Source: Geosiphon pyriformis uo1 (taxonomy: Eukaryota; Fungi; Glomeromycota). From it: a DNA stretch of 64,000 nt. Below are positions 10,416 through 22,254 of this stretch, piece after piece. The stretch lies in assembly GCA_016748015.1 (NCBI GenBank), contig JAAOMT010000283.1, forward strand, positions 562,108-626,107. Direction: 5' to 3'. Made by a program: the position numbers and the translations under genes. Position 1 is the stretch's first letter, and each line of letters opens with the position of its first letter. The notes under the pieces are model-generated. The model saw nothing but the letters and a program-made list of their open reading frames with translations, made no database searches and was not told the origin of the DNA.

Positions 10416-12450
10416 GTGGCAACAAAAACCCCTAATCTTACTGTTCTTGAATTCTGCCGTGCTATTTACACACAAAATCAAAGTGATCTTGGATTACCAG
10501 AAGGGTGTTGTCCAGCAGAATCTGCCCTCACTTATTATATCAATGCCAGAATAAATTATCATATAGGAAAGAAAGAAGAACCACACGACGCAAAACTTGG
10601 ATTGTATAGAGAATTATCACAATACACTACAAAAGAAGTAGCAGTAATAGCCACAACTATTGTCAAAATCTATCAAGAAATTGAGCAATACGCCAACAAA
10701 AATTTTCCAATATCCACAGGAAACACTAGGGAACGCGCCAACAAAACCAAAGAAAATTTAGAAACTAATCAGAAAAGTAACCAGCAAAAATTAAGAACAC
10801 CAGCTCAAACACCAAAGAAAACTGTCACTAAATCAATAAAAAAACAACGTATTTATTCACCAGAAGATAAATCATACCATTTTTCACCAGAAAATAAGAT
10901 ACAAATTCTATTAGGAGCTGCATCATCATCAACATCAACTCCACAAATGCCAAGAACTCCTAGTTATGATAAAATTAAACAACGTAACTGGAAAGACATA
11001 CCAATTACAGGAGGATATTCATCACTATTCCAAAACCCTCTTTTTCAGCCAAAATTTAGAACAGAGTTTGAAAACCGTGAAGAGGAGTCTGAATCGGAAT
11101 CCAAAAAAGAGACCAACGAAAAAACAATCACATGACCAGTCATTGGAACAAGCAGCCAGTCCAGAAACCAAGAAACTCGTGATTAAGAAGAAGAACCAGA
11201 TATAAGGGAAGCCACCTTTAGGAATGCTCAAGGAAATATCATCCCACCTTCTCTTAGACCAATAAATCCACCAGCAGAAAATAACAATGAAATGACCACA
11301 CCATACATTGCAAGACTAACAGATTTCTCAGGAGAGGAAGAAGAAACGGACATGCACACATGGCTCAGAGAAGCACAAAAAGCCATCCAGACAAATAACT
11401 GGAATGACCAAAGAGCAATTCAAACATTACTTTTTTTCCTGAAAGGCACAGCCAACTTGTGGTATCAAAGTCTGGAAACAAAACCCACGAGCTTTGCCGA
11501 ATTTAAAAATGCACTCCTGAAGTATTTTAGTGACCCAAACGCCATAATCCAACTACAGAACGAATTCAATACTATCAAGCAAAATACTGGTGAAACTGTC
11601 ACCCAATACCTTGCTCGATTCAATCAAATTCGCCGTCAGATTGAAGCAATTGAACAAAGATACTACACTGATCCTCAGGTTTTAAATCAGTTTATTAGAG
11701 AATTAAAAAGCAGCATTTTAGGAAAAGTATGCCCTGCCCACCCTAATTCCTTACCAGAAGCTGTTATGCTCACCAGAGCCCTTGAATTGGCTGAGAAAGA
11801 AACTAACCATAGTCAAATGATTAACATGGTAATGGAGGAAAATAAGACAGAAACATTAGAGAAAAGAGTAACGTGATTAGGGGAGGAACTTTCTAAGAAA
11901 ATAGAAAGTTACCTCATCCCGGATCTGAGAAAAAAATACATACCAACCACCCCAAAGACGCAGTCAGGAAGTCAGCGACAGTCAAAATAATTGCTCGTTG
12001 CGCCAGGAATTCAGAACAGAAATGCACGCCTGCCATTTTTGCAAATGCATAGGACATTTAATTAGTCAATGTCGAATGTGAATGATGCAGGAAGCACGCG
12101 AAAATAATTACTACGCGCCACCCCAAATGCCCAGAAACCAGTATACGCCAATACCATGTCAATATCTCACCACGTATCAAAATCAAAGAGCTTACCAGCA
12201 ACAGCCCATGATAGCCAATCCGAATTGGCGTCCCGAGGCCCGAAATCAGCCCATGTGGAACCAGAACGCATTGGTCCAGAGGAATCCAAACCGCGCCAGA
12301 ACCAATCAGCAAACCAATCCAAACTACCAAAATTATCAACAAACTTACCTTAATATACCAGAAAATCTGATCATTGGAAACAATAATGGTAGAAACATAA
12401 ACAGAACCAAGAATTCCTCCAAATTGAGCCAGACAATATCACCAGCAGTT
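10416..12450 (+). pseudogene. gag: C1 gag: N-terminal domain, S/P/T linker, capsid, CCHC knuckle, Q/N-rich tail
   Basis: ORFs 10416-11135 and 11292-11876 (FSGEEEE..WL..LKGTANLWY..QNTGETVTQY..QFIRELK); CHFCKCIGHLISQC at ~12031-12072. Confidence 0.9.
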
Positions 12451-12549
12451 GCCACTAAAGATAGCAGCCTCGCAGCTATTTTTCTTTTTGAATTAGAGGA
12501 AAATAAGGCTATGTTCAGTAGAGCAGCATTGAACGAAAAATGCCCAATC

Positions 12550-12900
12550 ACTCCTATGTATATGGAAGCCATTGTAAACAATACCCCAATCAAACTTATC
12601 TTAGACAGCAGATTCGCTGGAAGCATTATAATGCTTCAACTAGTAAACCAACTAGGTTTCAAAATTAATTGTGCCACGACATCCCAAATCATAACAGCCA
12701 ATGGAAGTACAAAGCTGCCTTATGGCGAAATCGACTCATTCCCTTTCAAAATTAACGGCATATTAATACCTACAAAAGTATTAGTAATGGACGTTACACA
12801 ATATCAAGCATTAATAAGGAATGACTGACTAACAAAAGCCAATGCCACCCTAGACTGGACCACCCAAGAGCTTCTGATCAATTATAATGGCCACCAGGCC
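12550..12900 (+). pseudogene. pol: C1 aspartic protease
   Basis: IKLILDSRFAG (DSG motif decayed), IITANG, ALIRND*L. Confidence 0.85.
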
Positions 12901-13104
12901 AAAATTCCAGCCACCTGTGACCACTTCCAAAAACCCAGCGCCAACCAAAGATCTACCTTCGAATTTGAGGAAAATCCAGCACTACCAGCCATCGAAACCT
13001 ATTAGCTCTCTTGGGCTGATGACCAAAGAACAGGACTACCAGCCATACCAACGTGGACCAGCGAAGAAAAATTTGAATGGAACCACCAGCGATGCAGACC
13101 AAAG

Positions 13105-13710
13105 CTAGAATGCTCAGTTTGTAAGAAGATACTCTCGTCTATGACTGCATGCAGTGCACCGGACAAAGACCCAAAAAACCCCACCCACTACTATTGTAAC
13201 TGTTGTAACAAAGAAAAATATGGTTACCCAGAAAGACACGGAAAATGGAACGAGGAACCATGTCTCGCTTGTGGAGAACCATTACCAAGAGGGTGCGACT
13301 AGAACGACTTACCAGGCAGAGAAGGAACATGTAATGCAACTTGCCAATACATGATCCTCATCTGTGACTGGGTAAGAGGAGGAACGCTGTTCAAAGCAGC
13401 ATTCAACAGAGCGTTAAAAAGACTACAGCACTACCCACATGACGAGAATGAGTTGTACAACACCACACAAGCCAAAGTAAGAGGAGAAACCACCGAAAAA
13501 ATACGACGTTGGAAAGAGTTAGCCGAAGTAGCTGACAAAGTCACTAGCTACAACATGTTCGACCCAGTGGACGAATTCCAGGACTACTACCAATAACTAT
13601 GCGCTACTCGACAAGAGCAAGAACAATACCTTACCCAAATCAATACTTACCTCTGCGAAAACTGTCTCATCCTATGCCAAAATCAGTGCTGTGAAGAGTG
13701 TCAAGACGAA
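13105..13710 (+). pseudogene. C1 Cys-rich domain of unknown function between protease and dUTPase
   Basis: CSVC..C..YYCNCC..PCLAC..C..GTCNATCQY..LQHYPHD..LCENC..C..CCEEC; the pattern is shared with A1 (~24340-24960) and A2 (~41215-41830). Confidence 0.8.
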
Positions 13711-13875
13711 AGGGACTTAGAAAGAAAAATGGAAATTGAGAATCAGCAGTCTTAAAATCAATCAATAAATCAACAAGACTCACCTGACGGTCCTGAGTCA
13801 GAAAAATTTGTAGCCTATACTGACCTAGAACAGGTGACTGACATCCAATACTTCGACAATGGGCACTTAGGAATA

Positions 13876-14270
13876 ATACCCAAAAGAGCCCATCCAACTG
13901 ATGCTGGATTCGATCTACATTATCCGAAAGACCAATCCACAACATTACCACCCAGGAGCATCACCAAAATTGACCTAAAAATAGCGGTTGAATTCTGCCA
14001 AGAATAATAGTTCAAATGGCATCGCGATCAAGCCTTGTGAAAAAAAGAATAAGTATTCAAGGAGGAGTAATTGACTCTGGATACACTGAAAATTTGATGG
14101 TTTTACTACAGAACAATTCAGAAAAGCCTTATATCATTGAATCTAAGGAAAAGATTGCACAAGCAATTTTCCTACCATTGGTAAAAATTGGGAAATTTGT
14201 GCCAGTGGAAAATCGTGAGGAATTGTCACAAACAACAAGAGGAACTTTTGGTTTCGGATCGACAGGAAAA
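13876..14270 (+). pseudogene. dut: C1 dUTPase domain (one frameshift near 13995)
   Basis: All five motifs present: DAGFDL, ASRSS, GGVIDSGY, KIAQAIF, RGTFGFGSTG. Confidence 0.93.
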
Positions 14271-14935
14271 GGAATTGAAGCAAATTTCACTGAAACAATA
14301 GAGGAAAAAGGCGAAGTAATTAAAAATGAGCGGTCCATCATGCTCCTACCATATGGAAAATCAGAAATAAGAATAAAAAGGACAATTAAAGAAAAAAACC
14401 TAATATTTGAGCCCTACCCAGAAACTTGCCAACAGTTTCTCATAGGACTTACTAATCTTTTTATTCCAGCTGATAAAGCTCAATGGATAAAAATTCCTAT
14501 CGCAAACACCACAAAAGAACCCATCTATATTCCGGAAGATACCATCATTGGATACCTCAGAACGGAGCTAGAAAATGCGTCAACACCACAAGAAATTCTA
14601 AATTTCCCAGAAATTGCCCTCTACTGTGAACTCACTTCAATAAATTGGCAACAACTGTTAGAATACTATCAATTTACGCCAGAAAAATTGGCCAAATTAA
14701 ACATTAAAACAATGGATCCTGACCAACAGTGACAATTAAAAACATTAATTTTAAAATACTCTGATATATTTTTAAGAAATGGCGAATTTGGAAGAATCAA
14801 TTTGGTTCAACACCAAATCCCCACTGGAGACACCAGACCTGAAAAACAACGCGCTTACTGTGTCCCACCAATGGAGCATAATTTTATCAGAGAAGAAGTC
14901 CAAAGCATGTTAGAAAAGGAATAATACAACCATCA

Positions 14936-16099
14936 ATGAGCCCATGGTCCTCACCAGTTGTTTTAGTAAGGAAAAAGAATGGAAAAATTAGATTTTGTGT
15001 CAACTATCGCAAACTAAACAGCAAAACAACCAAAGACTCATACCCAATACCGTTAATTGACAAAATCTTCAATGTTTTTGGAGGAGCAAAATGGTTTTCT
15101 ACACTGGACTTAACCAGTGGGTACTGGCAAGTGGAAATGGACCCAAAGGACAGGCATAAAACAGCATTCACAACACAAAATAGCAATTATAAGTTCAATG
15201 TAATGCCATTTGGATTAACAAACACTCCCACAACATTCCAAAGACTAATGGACGTAATTTACTCCGGAATCCTGTGGCAATCCGTTGTTGTCTACTTGGA
15301 TGATACAAATGTTTTCTCGTCAAAATTCACGGATCATCTCCAACATTTACAACAAGTTTTTGAGAGATTAAGACATGCTGGACTTAAACTAAATCTAGAA
15401 AAATGTTTCTTTGGGAAAAATGAGCTAGCATTTTTAGGATACATAGTTGGAAAAGATGGAATAAAACCAGATTCATCAAAAATAGACAAAGTGAAAAATT
15501 TTCCAGTACCTCGAAACGTTTCAGAAGTTAGAAGCTTTTTAGGACTCGCATCTTACTACCACCACTTTGTAGAAAACTTTTCAAACATCGCCAAACTCCT
15601 TAATTATCTACTATCTAAAAATGTAAAGTTTGAATGGACTAAAGCACAACAAAAAGCTTTTGAGTACCTTAGACAAAAGCTCATTGAATCACCAATAATG
15701 ATCTATCCGAATTTTAACAAGAAATTCAGTTTGGCCACAGATGCCTCTGGAACTGGACTTGGAGCCATTCTGTCACAAAAAGATGATAATGGAAGAGAAC
15801 GTGTAATTGCTTATGCCAGTAGAAGTCTCAGTACGGCAGAACAAAACTACACAGCACATGAACTTGAATGCTTAGCAGTAGTTTGGAGTTGTGTTCACTT
15901 TGATACATATTTACAGTACCAACCCTTTGAAATTATGACAGATCATAGAGGTCTGGTCTGGTTAAATAACAAAAAAGTGCTAAAAGGAAAATACGCCAGA
16001 TGGTCACAAACATTAGCACCATACGATTATATTATCAAATACAAAGAAGGTACCAAAAATGCTAATGCCGACTGTTTGTCAAGAATGAGACACACATAA
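14936..16099 (+). pseudogene. pol: C1 reverse transcriptase and RNase H (open 387-aa segment)
   Basis: SPWSSPVVLV, RFCVNYRKLN, MPFGL, YLDD, SFLGLASYY, TDAS, ELECLAVV, TDH, ADCLSR. Confidence 0.95.
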
Positions 16100-16164
16100 A
16101 AATTACCAACCCACCCACCACAACAACAATAAACAACCACCTTTATAAAAACCTCAGCCAATAC

Positions 16165-17983
16165 TTGGAAACACTACAAATAGACGAAGAAATGCCAGTA
16201 AAAGAGCTAATTAAGCTCCAAAAATTAGCAAAACACTATTTCATCCAAAATCACATACTTTATTACCAGAATCGACAAAATCCAGATAATCCATTAAGAG
16301 TTATAACCACAGATGAAAAAGAAACTATCTTATTTAACATGCACTCAGATATTCATTCAGGCCACTTTGGAAAAACAGCAACCATCCAANNNNNNNNNNN
16401 NNNNNNNNNAAAAATTTGGAATCAAGCAACCACTGTCATCACCATACCACCCTTAAACAAATGGATTAGTTGAAAGATTTAATTGCACATTATGCGAATC
16501 ACTGGCGAAAATTAGTAATGAACATGAAAAAGAATGGGATTTGTTTATACTAGCAGTACTACTAGCATATAGAACAGTAAAACAAGATACTATACAATTC
16601 ACACCGTTTGAACTAGTTTATGGAAGAAAAGCCACATTACCAGTTGAACTTACTATTCCAACTTATCCAAGTGACACTATCACAGAAGCAACATTCCAGG
16701 AAACACTACTTATAAGAACATACAAATTAATAGGAACTTTAGAAAACAAAAGAAGAAAAGCAGCACAAAATATTGAACAATCACAAGAACAACAAAAAGT
16801 GAGACATGATAACCAGTTACTAGATAATATAATTAGCTACAAAATTGGAAATAAAGTATTGTTGCATCGTACAAAAATGGAAAAACAGTAGAGTAGAAAA
16901 TTTGATCACAAGTGGGATGGACCATTTTATATTCACAAAATACTTGGAAATGGAGCATACAAGTTAAGACTAGATGATAAAATATTAAGAAAAGCAGCAC
17001 ATGGTAACCGGCTGAAATTCTATTACAGTAAACCAGTAATAACAACAAAAACACCCAGAATTGGAACACAATTATCTNNNNNNNNNNNNNNNNNNNNATA
17101 CTTGGAAACACTACAAATAGACGAAGAAATGCCAGTAAAAGAGCTAATTAAGCTCCAAAAATTAGCAAAACACTATTTCATCCAAAATCACATACTTTAT
17201 TACCAGAATCGACAAAATCCAGATAATCCATTAAGAGTTATAACCACAGATGAAAAAGAAACTATCTTATTTAACATGCACTCAGATATTCATTCAGGCC
17301 ACTTTGGAAAAACAGCAACCATCCAACGTGCAACTAGCCATTACTATTGGCCAAAAATGAGTTCAAACATAATCCAATACATAAAAAATTGTGACTCATG
17401 TCAATGAAGAGAAGGAGCAAAAACAACGGAATTATTAAGACCAATAAAAGTTGGACAGCCATTTGACAGAATCAGAATTGATTTAGTTGGACCCTTACCA
17501 ATAACAACAAGAAACAACCGTTATATTGCAGTAGCCATGAACTATCTCACCAAATGGCTAGAAGCTAGAGCTATTAAAACAGCTGATGCTATTTTCATAG
17601 CTCAATTCATACATGAAGACTTAATTTGCTAACATGGATGTCCACAAGAATTGCTATCAGATCAAGGCACGCACTTCGTAAACAGCACCTTAAAAGAACT
17701 TAGCCAAAAATTTGGAATCAAGCAACCACTGTCATCACCATACCACCCTTAAACAAATGGATTAGTTGAAAGATTTAATTGCACATTATGCGAATCACTG
17801 GCGAAAATTAGTAATGAACATGAAAAAGAATGGGATTTGTTTATACTAGCAGTACTACTAGCATATAGAACAGTAAAACAAGATACTATACAATTCACAC
17901 CGTTTGAACTAGTTTATGGAAGAAAAGCCACATTACCAGTTGAACTTACTATTCCAACTTATCCAAGTGACACTATCACAGAA
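16165..17983 (+). pseudogene. pol: C1 integrase, scrambled by N gaps and assembly duplications
   Basis: HSDIHSGHFG..CDSCQ; IDLVGPLP; SDQGTHF; KWDGPF. Confidence 0.88.
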
Positions 17984-18003
17984 NNNNNNNNNNNNNNNNN
18001 NNN

Positions 18004-18448
18004 AGCATTGGGCAATACATTAATAATGGAAGAAATAGAAATAAGTGAATTAACACCAGACACATTTAGCAACTTGAAAACGAAATTTCCAATTAATTAC
18101 TGTTATTATCAACTAGGAAAGCACTTGAACATACAAACATTATACTCAAAAGACTCAACTAGAGTGTTTGACAAAACAACTATCCAACTATTAAAACCTT
18201 TCATTGGAAAAACCAACACTACATTCCATTCAAAAACAGTTTACAGAATTTTCAAAGCATTTGAAAACTGTCACAAATTATTGTTGGACCCAACCATGAA
18301 CATAATAACAACCAACAGTATTGGACGACTTACCAACTCGCAATTTCAAGAATTACAACAACAAATTAATAACACAGTATTGAACCACTATAGTAACTTA
18401 GAATTTAATGAAGAAATTAACTTCAATTTCAACGGAGCTCAATCTTAA
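18004..18448 (+). CDS. C1 ORF-X, C-terminal part (5' end hidden in an N gap); open over the visible length
   Basis: INYCYYQLGKHL...FIGKTNTTFHSKTVYRIFKAFENCHKLL...IGRLTNSQFQEL; stops at the PPT. Confidence 0.7.
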
Positions 18449-18867
18449 AAGGAGGGGATAATGTTACAGTTTAAGAATTTAGCAAAAAGAATCATAAAAA
18501 TAATACAAACTATTCAATCATAATATAGCACAATAATAATCTTAGAAAGGTAATGATTAACATAGTAGCAAACACCATTTCGTGATAGTGGCAAGCACCA
18601 GTTCACAATAGCAGCCAACACCAACTGGTGATAGCAGCAAACACCAGGTTAAAATATCAAAAAGAAAGTATTTTCTCGTAGAACTACAAACATGTATATA
18701 TACAGTAGTTTTAATATTGGGAAATANNNNNNNNNNNNNNNNNNNNNNNNNNNNNNNNNNNNNNNNNNNNNNNNNNAACACAGTATTGAACCACTATAGT
18801 AACTTAGAATTTAATGAAGAAATTAACTTCAATTTCAATGGAGCTCAATCTTGAAAGGAGGGGATAA

Positions 18868-19669
18868 TGTTATGGTTTAAGAATTTAGCAAAAAGAATCA
18901 TAAAAATAATACAAACTATTCAATCATAATATAGCACAGTAATAATCTTAGAAAGGTAATGATTAACATAGTAGCAAACACCAGATTGAAATATCAAAAA
19001 GAAAGTATTTTCTCGTAGAACTACAAATATGTATATATACAGTAGTTTTAATATTGGGAAATAATCAATCAAGTAATAAAAATCATAACTTATCAAGCAA
19101 CAGATCCAATTTTATCCAACAAACTCTACTTTAAATCATACTTTTAAATTAAATATTCCAAGAAACCTTTAAAAATCAAAAAGAAATGAAAAAGAATATT
19201 TAAAACAGAACTATCACAACCCAAAGTATTAAGAAACTTACTTGTATTATTTATTGAATGAAACTATCATTCATCAACTGAATCCCTTGGAAGAATAATT
19301 CTTGATCAAGATTATTTACGTTGTTACTAATTAATAAAAGCTTTATTGTGAGAATTAGAAAAGTGCTAAAGACCATTAATATTCTGTGTTTCTAGATTAG
19401 AGAAACACATCAGGCAATTACAAGGATAGCCTCAGAGAAGACCCCAGACAATGGGTAGATTTCAGTTCAGTCTCTGAGAAAGAGTACATAAATACACACA
19501 ACAATCAAGAATTAAAGAATAACTTACATCGCAACAGTAAAAAAAAAGAAAGCCTTCAGTGTAACAGTGACATTATCACACAAATAGAATTGAGAAACTC
19601 ACGAAAGACTGATTGCTATTAAAGTGGGATATCAGCAATTAAATATAACAAGAAAACCATCTCGTAACA
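18868..19669 (+). repeat. C1 3' LTR (lacks three of the four GCAAACACCA units); a partial extra LTR copy lies at 18462-18726
   Basis: PPT-TGTTATGG...CTCGTAACA-CCGG. Confidence 0.88.
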
Positions 19670-19673
19670 CCGG

Positions 19674-21100
19674 CTAAGAATCTCTCAATTTTCTGAGTTA
19701 GTTTCTCACTCAATTGGGTTATCTTTGCGTCAATGTTAGAGATTCCATTAATGGCTAAATTAACGGCTTGGATATAATTTGCTTCTTGTTCTGCAGATTC
19801 AAAATCGTGAGCAAGAGTAACAGCATCTTGTAAATTGGTCAGATGGCGGGATCTTATAGATCTTAGAATACTACTCCACAATTCTTTAATAAATTGATTA
19901 AAAACTTGTGCAATGATGTAGTAGTCCCTTTCGATAGCTAATATTTGACACAGGATTTGATTGAATCGTCCAAAATAAGTAGTTACTGCTTCATGATCTT
20001 TTTGTTTAATTATGCTGAATTGATTCTGCAATCGGATTAACGTATTGGGGTCACAGAAGTATTGCAGAAATGTGAGTCTAAACTCGGTGAAGGAGGTAGA
20101 CTTCTCTGCCAGGCTCTGGTACCACAAATTAGTGGTTCTGGTCAGAAAGAACAGCAGTGCCTGAATTGTGTGGTCATCATTTTAACCATTAGTGGTAATT
20201 GCTTTCTCAGTGTCCACAATCCAAGAATATGCATTATTTTTTTCACCAGAGAATTTTTTCAATTTAGCAATATCCCAGTAAGCCATGATCCGGTTAATGG
20301 GTGGGGTGTTACTAGTTATGTTTAAAGGGATTGGTGTCTGTGTATTCGAGTGTTCTTTGAGTGCTAATGCTGGTTGCTTTTCTTTGTCGCTTGAACCAAT
20401 AGGTTGTAAGATAGCTGTTTCTTCCATCAGGAAAGATGCTAATTCTGCTTGGTTTTGTGTTGGTGGCTGTTCCCAAGTTGACGGGTTTCCTTCTGTTTAA
20501 CTGGCTGCTGGGGTAAGATTTCCAAACAGCAATCCGTATTCTCCTAGTAATTTGGTCCAACTGTGTTAATTCCAAGAGTGTGGATTTTCAGGAGTTCGTG
20601 GTATTTCCAACTGGGTTTCCAGGGGTGGGTTGAATACAATTTTACTTTGGAGTGTCTGATAGTATAATGGAGTTATTGGAGAGAGAACCCTTGGTTTCTT
20701 GTTGACTATGAACTTGGCTTGGGCAGTTACAAGGTTGTTGGATTCATTTTCGTATTCCTCAGGGTTGAATTCCACTGGTTGTTGTACTTGAGGGAATTGT
20801 TGTGCCATGTAATATTTAATGTCTGTATTGATTATGCACAGAGTTTCAGCAATTGCTCGGATAGTTGTGGCTGTTGAGTACTCTAGTAAGCTTTGATGGA
20901 TTTGTTCTTTAAGTCTTCCTATATCAGTTGCATAGCCTAACAAGCAGTCAATTTTTGCATTGATATAGTTACAAAAATCACTTTCTGCATAAGTGGTTTC
21001 TGCTGGTATTCCTAGGTCTTTCCGAAAGTATTGAAATAGTGCTTTTCTATATGAGGAGTGATCCTTTCCTATTGTTCTAATAGTCACTACTTTTATGTAT
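19674..21100 (-). pseudogene. gag: B2 gag, 5' part
   Basis: ORFs 20566-21087, 20182-20427 (IAKLKKFSGE) and 19639-20127 (WYQSL..QFIKEL). Confidence 0.88.
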
Positions 21101-21152
21101 TTTTGGAGGTGCTCTGTCTCTGGGGATTTATAACCTCACAGGGAGCATCAAA

Positions 21153-21550
21153 TGTTATGGGTAAACTTGGTGGGTATGAGAAATGGTAATGTTTGGTGCT
21201 CTCAATTATTGATGACGCGTCTTCTGTGTAATTTTGTTGGTTTAGTCTTGATTATCAGTTTTTGAAGGTCTATTCTTGGATGTGAATTTACCTGTCAAGT
21301 TCTTTGGTTATAAGGCACAGAGTTTGTCTTTCATCAATTGCAACGTTTTTTGTAAATATAAGCTCTTTTCTCCAAGCTAATGAGTGCAATTGTTAGGGTT
21401 TGGCATTGTCTTTTCACTCTTCTGGTAAGCTAACAAGATAAAGTTAATATCTAAAACTTAGGGGGAGCTTCCCTCTTTTACCAGACTATTACAAAGTCTA
21501 TTCCCAGACAGTCAATTTTACTATGTTTCCACTCCACAAAAATAAGACAG

Positions 21551-21583
<33 letters not shown>

Positions 21584-22250
21584 AAAAAAAAAGAAAAGAA
21601 AAGAGAGAAAAGATAAATTAGTATTGTCAATCGCTGTGATCAAGAGCAATTGGTCCAAATCGTTAATAGATTCAAGGCAATTATGCTAAGAGCATCTGTC
21701 TTAGAACAAAGGTACAAGACAAGAGTTAATTCACGTAAATTCCACAAAGTTTAAGAACATAAATTTGTGATTCTGATTTCTTTAATAATTGGTTTATTTC
21801 AGGAGATGAAAGAGGGAAGATAATAAAAGATGAAAGAGTATAGATATTTTAATTCTTGTCTAGAGATTTGTATCTATCTGTCTGTCTTTTCTCACTTCTA
21901 CAACTACTTGTTTTTATACATTCTTTTGGTTTTACAGGATTGCTTTCAATTGTCTCGCTATTGCTAACTATTGCTTTGTTGTTTCTGTTATTACTTCATT
22001 TTTCTACGTTATCGCTAGTTATCCTATGTTATAATATGTTATCTAATGTTATTATATGTTATTCTGTGTTATCCTGCATTATAACACATTATCCTATGTT
22101 ATTGCACACTATTCTGTGTTATCCTGCATTATAACATGTTATCCTATGTTATAATGCATTATCTAACATTATTGCATGTTATTCTGTGTTATGTCACATT
22201 TTGGTCACGTTTCTTCATAACTTTGGATTGGTTTTTCTATTCAGGTAACA
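21153..22250 (-). repeat. B2 5' LTR
   Basis: Colinear with 5868-6949; PBS CCTCACAGGGAGCATCA next to it. Confidence 0.9.
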
Positions 22251-22254
22251 TTGC

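Larger units (their letters stand above)
9503..19669 (+). mobile_element. Full-length Gypsy element C1, the youngest layer, inserted in B2 gag
   Basis: LTRs 9503-10333 and 18868-19669; TSD CTGG/CCGG; PBS TGGGGAACCCTATGAGG at 10336; PPT GAAAGGAGGGGATAA before 18868. Confidence 0.92.
5868..22250 (-). mobile_element. Internally deleted Gypsy element B2 (~6.2 kb without the nested C1), inserted in the A1 RNase H domain
   Basis: LTRs 5868-6949 and 21153-22250; PPT 6950-6965; PBS 21134-21150; flanks TCAC and TTGC rejoin as the A1 motif GAILSQLDDNGNE-R-VIAYA. Confidence 0.9.

Noticed and set aside
16162-17983. Apparent tandem duplication of integrase segments in C1 (16162-16389 = 17099-17326; 16410-16685 = ~17707-17983)
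   Set aside because: The copies look identical, including stop codons, and each ends at an N gap, so this is a scaffolding artefact.
18369-18867. Apparent third LTR and duplicated PPT in C1
   Set aside because: The two copies are separated by an N gap and differ slightly, so they probably come from another locus or allele. Long reads are needed.
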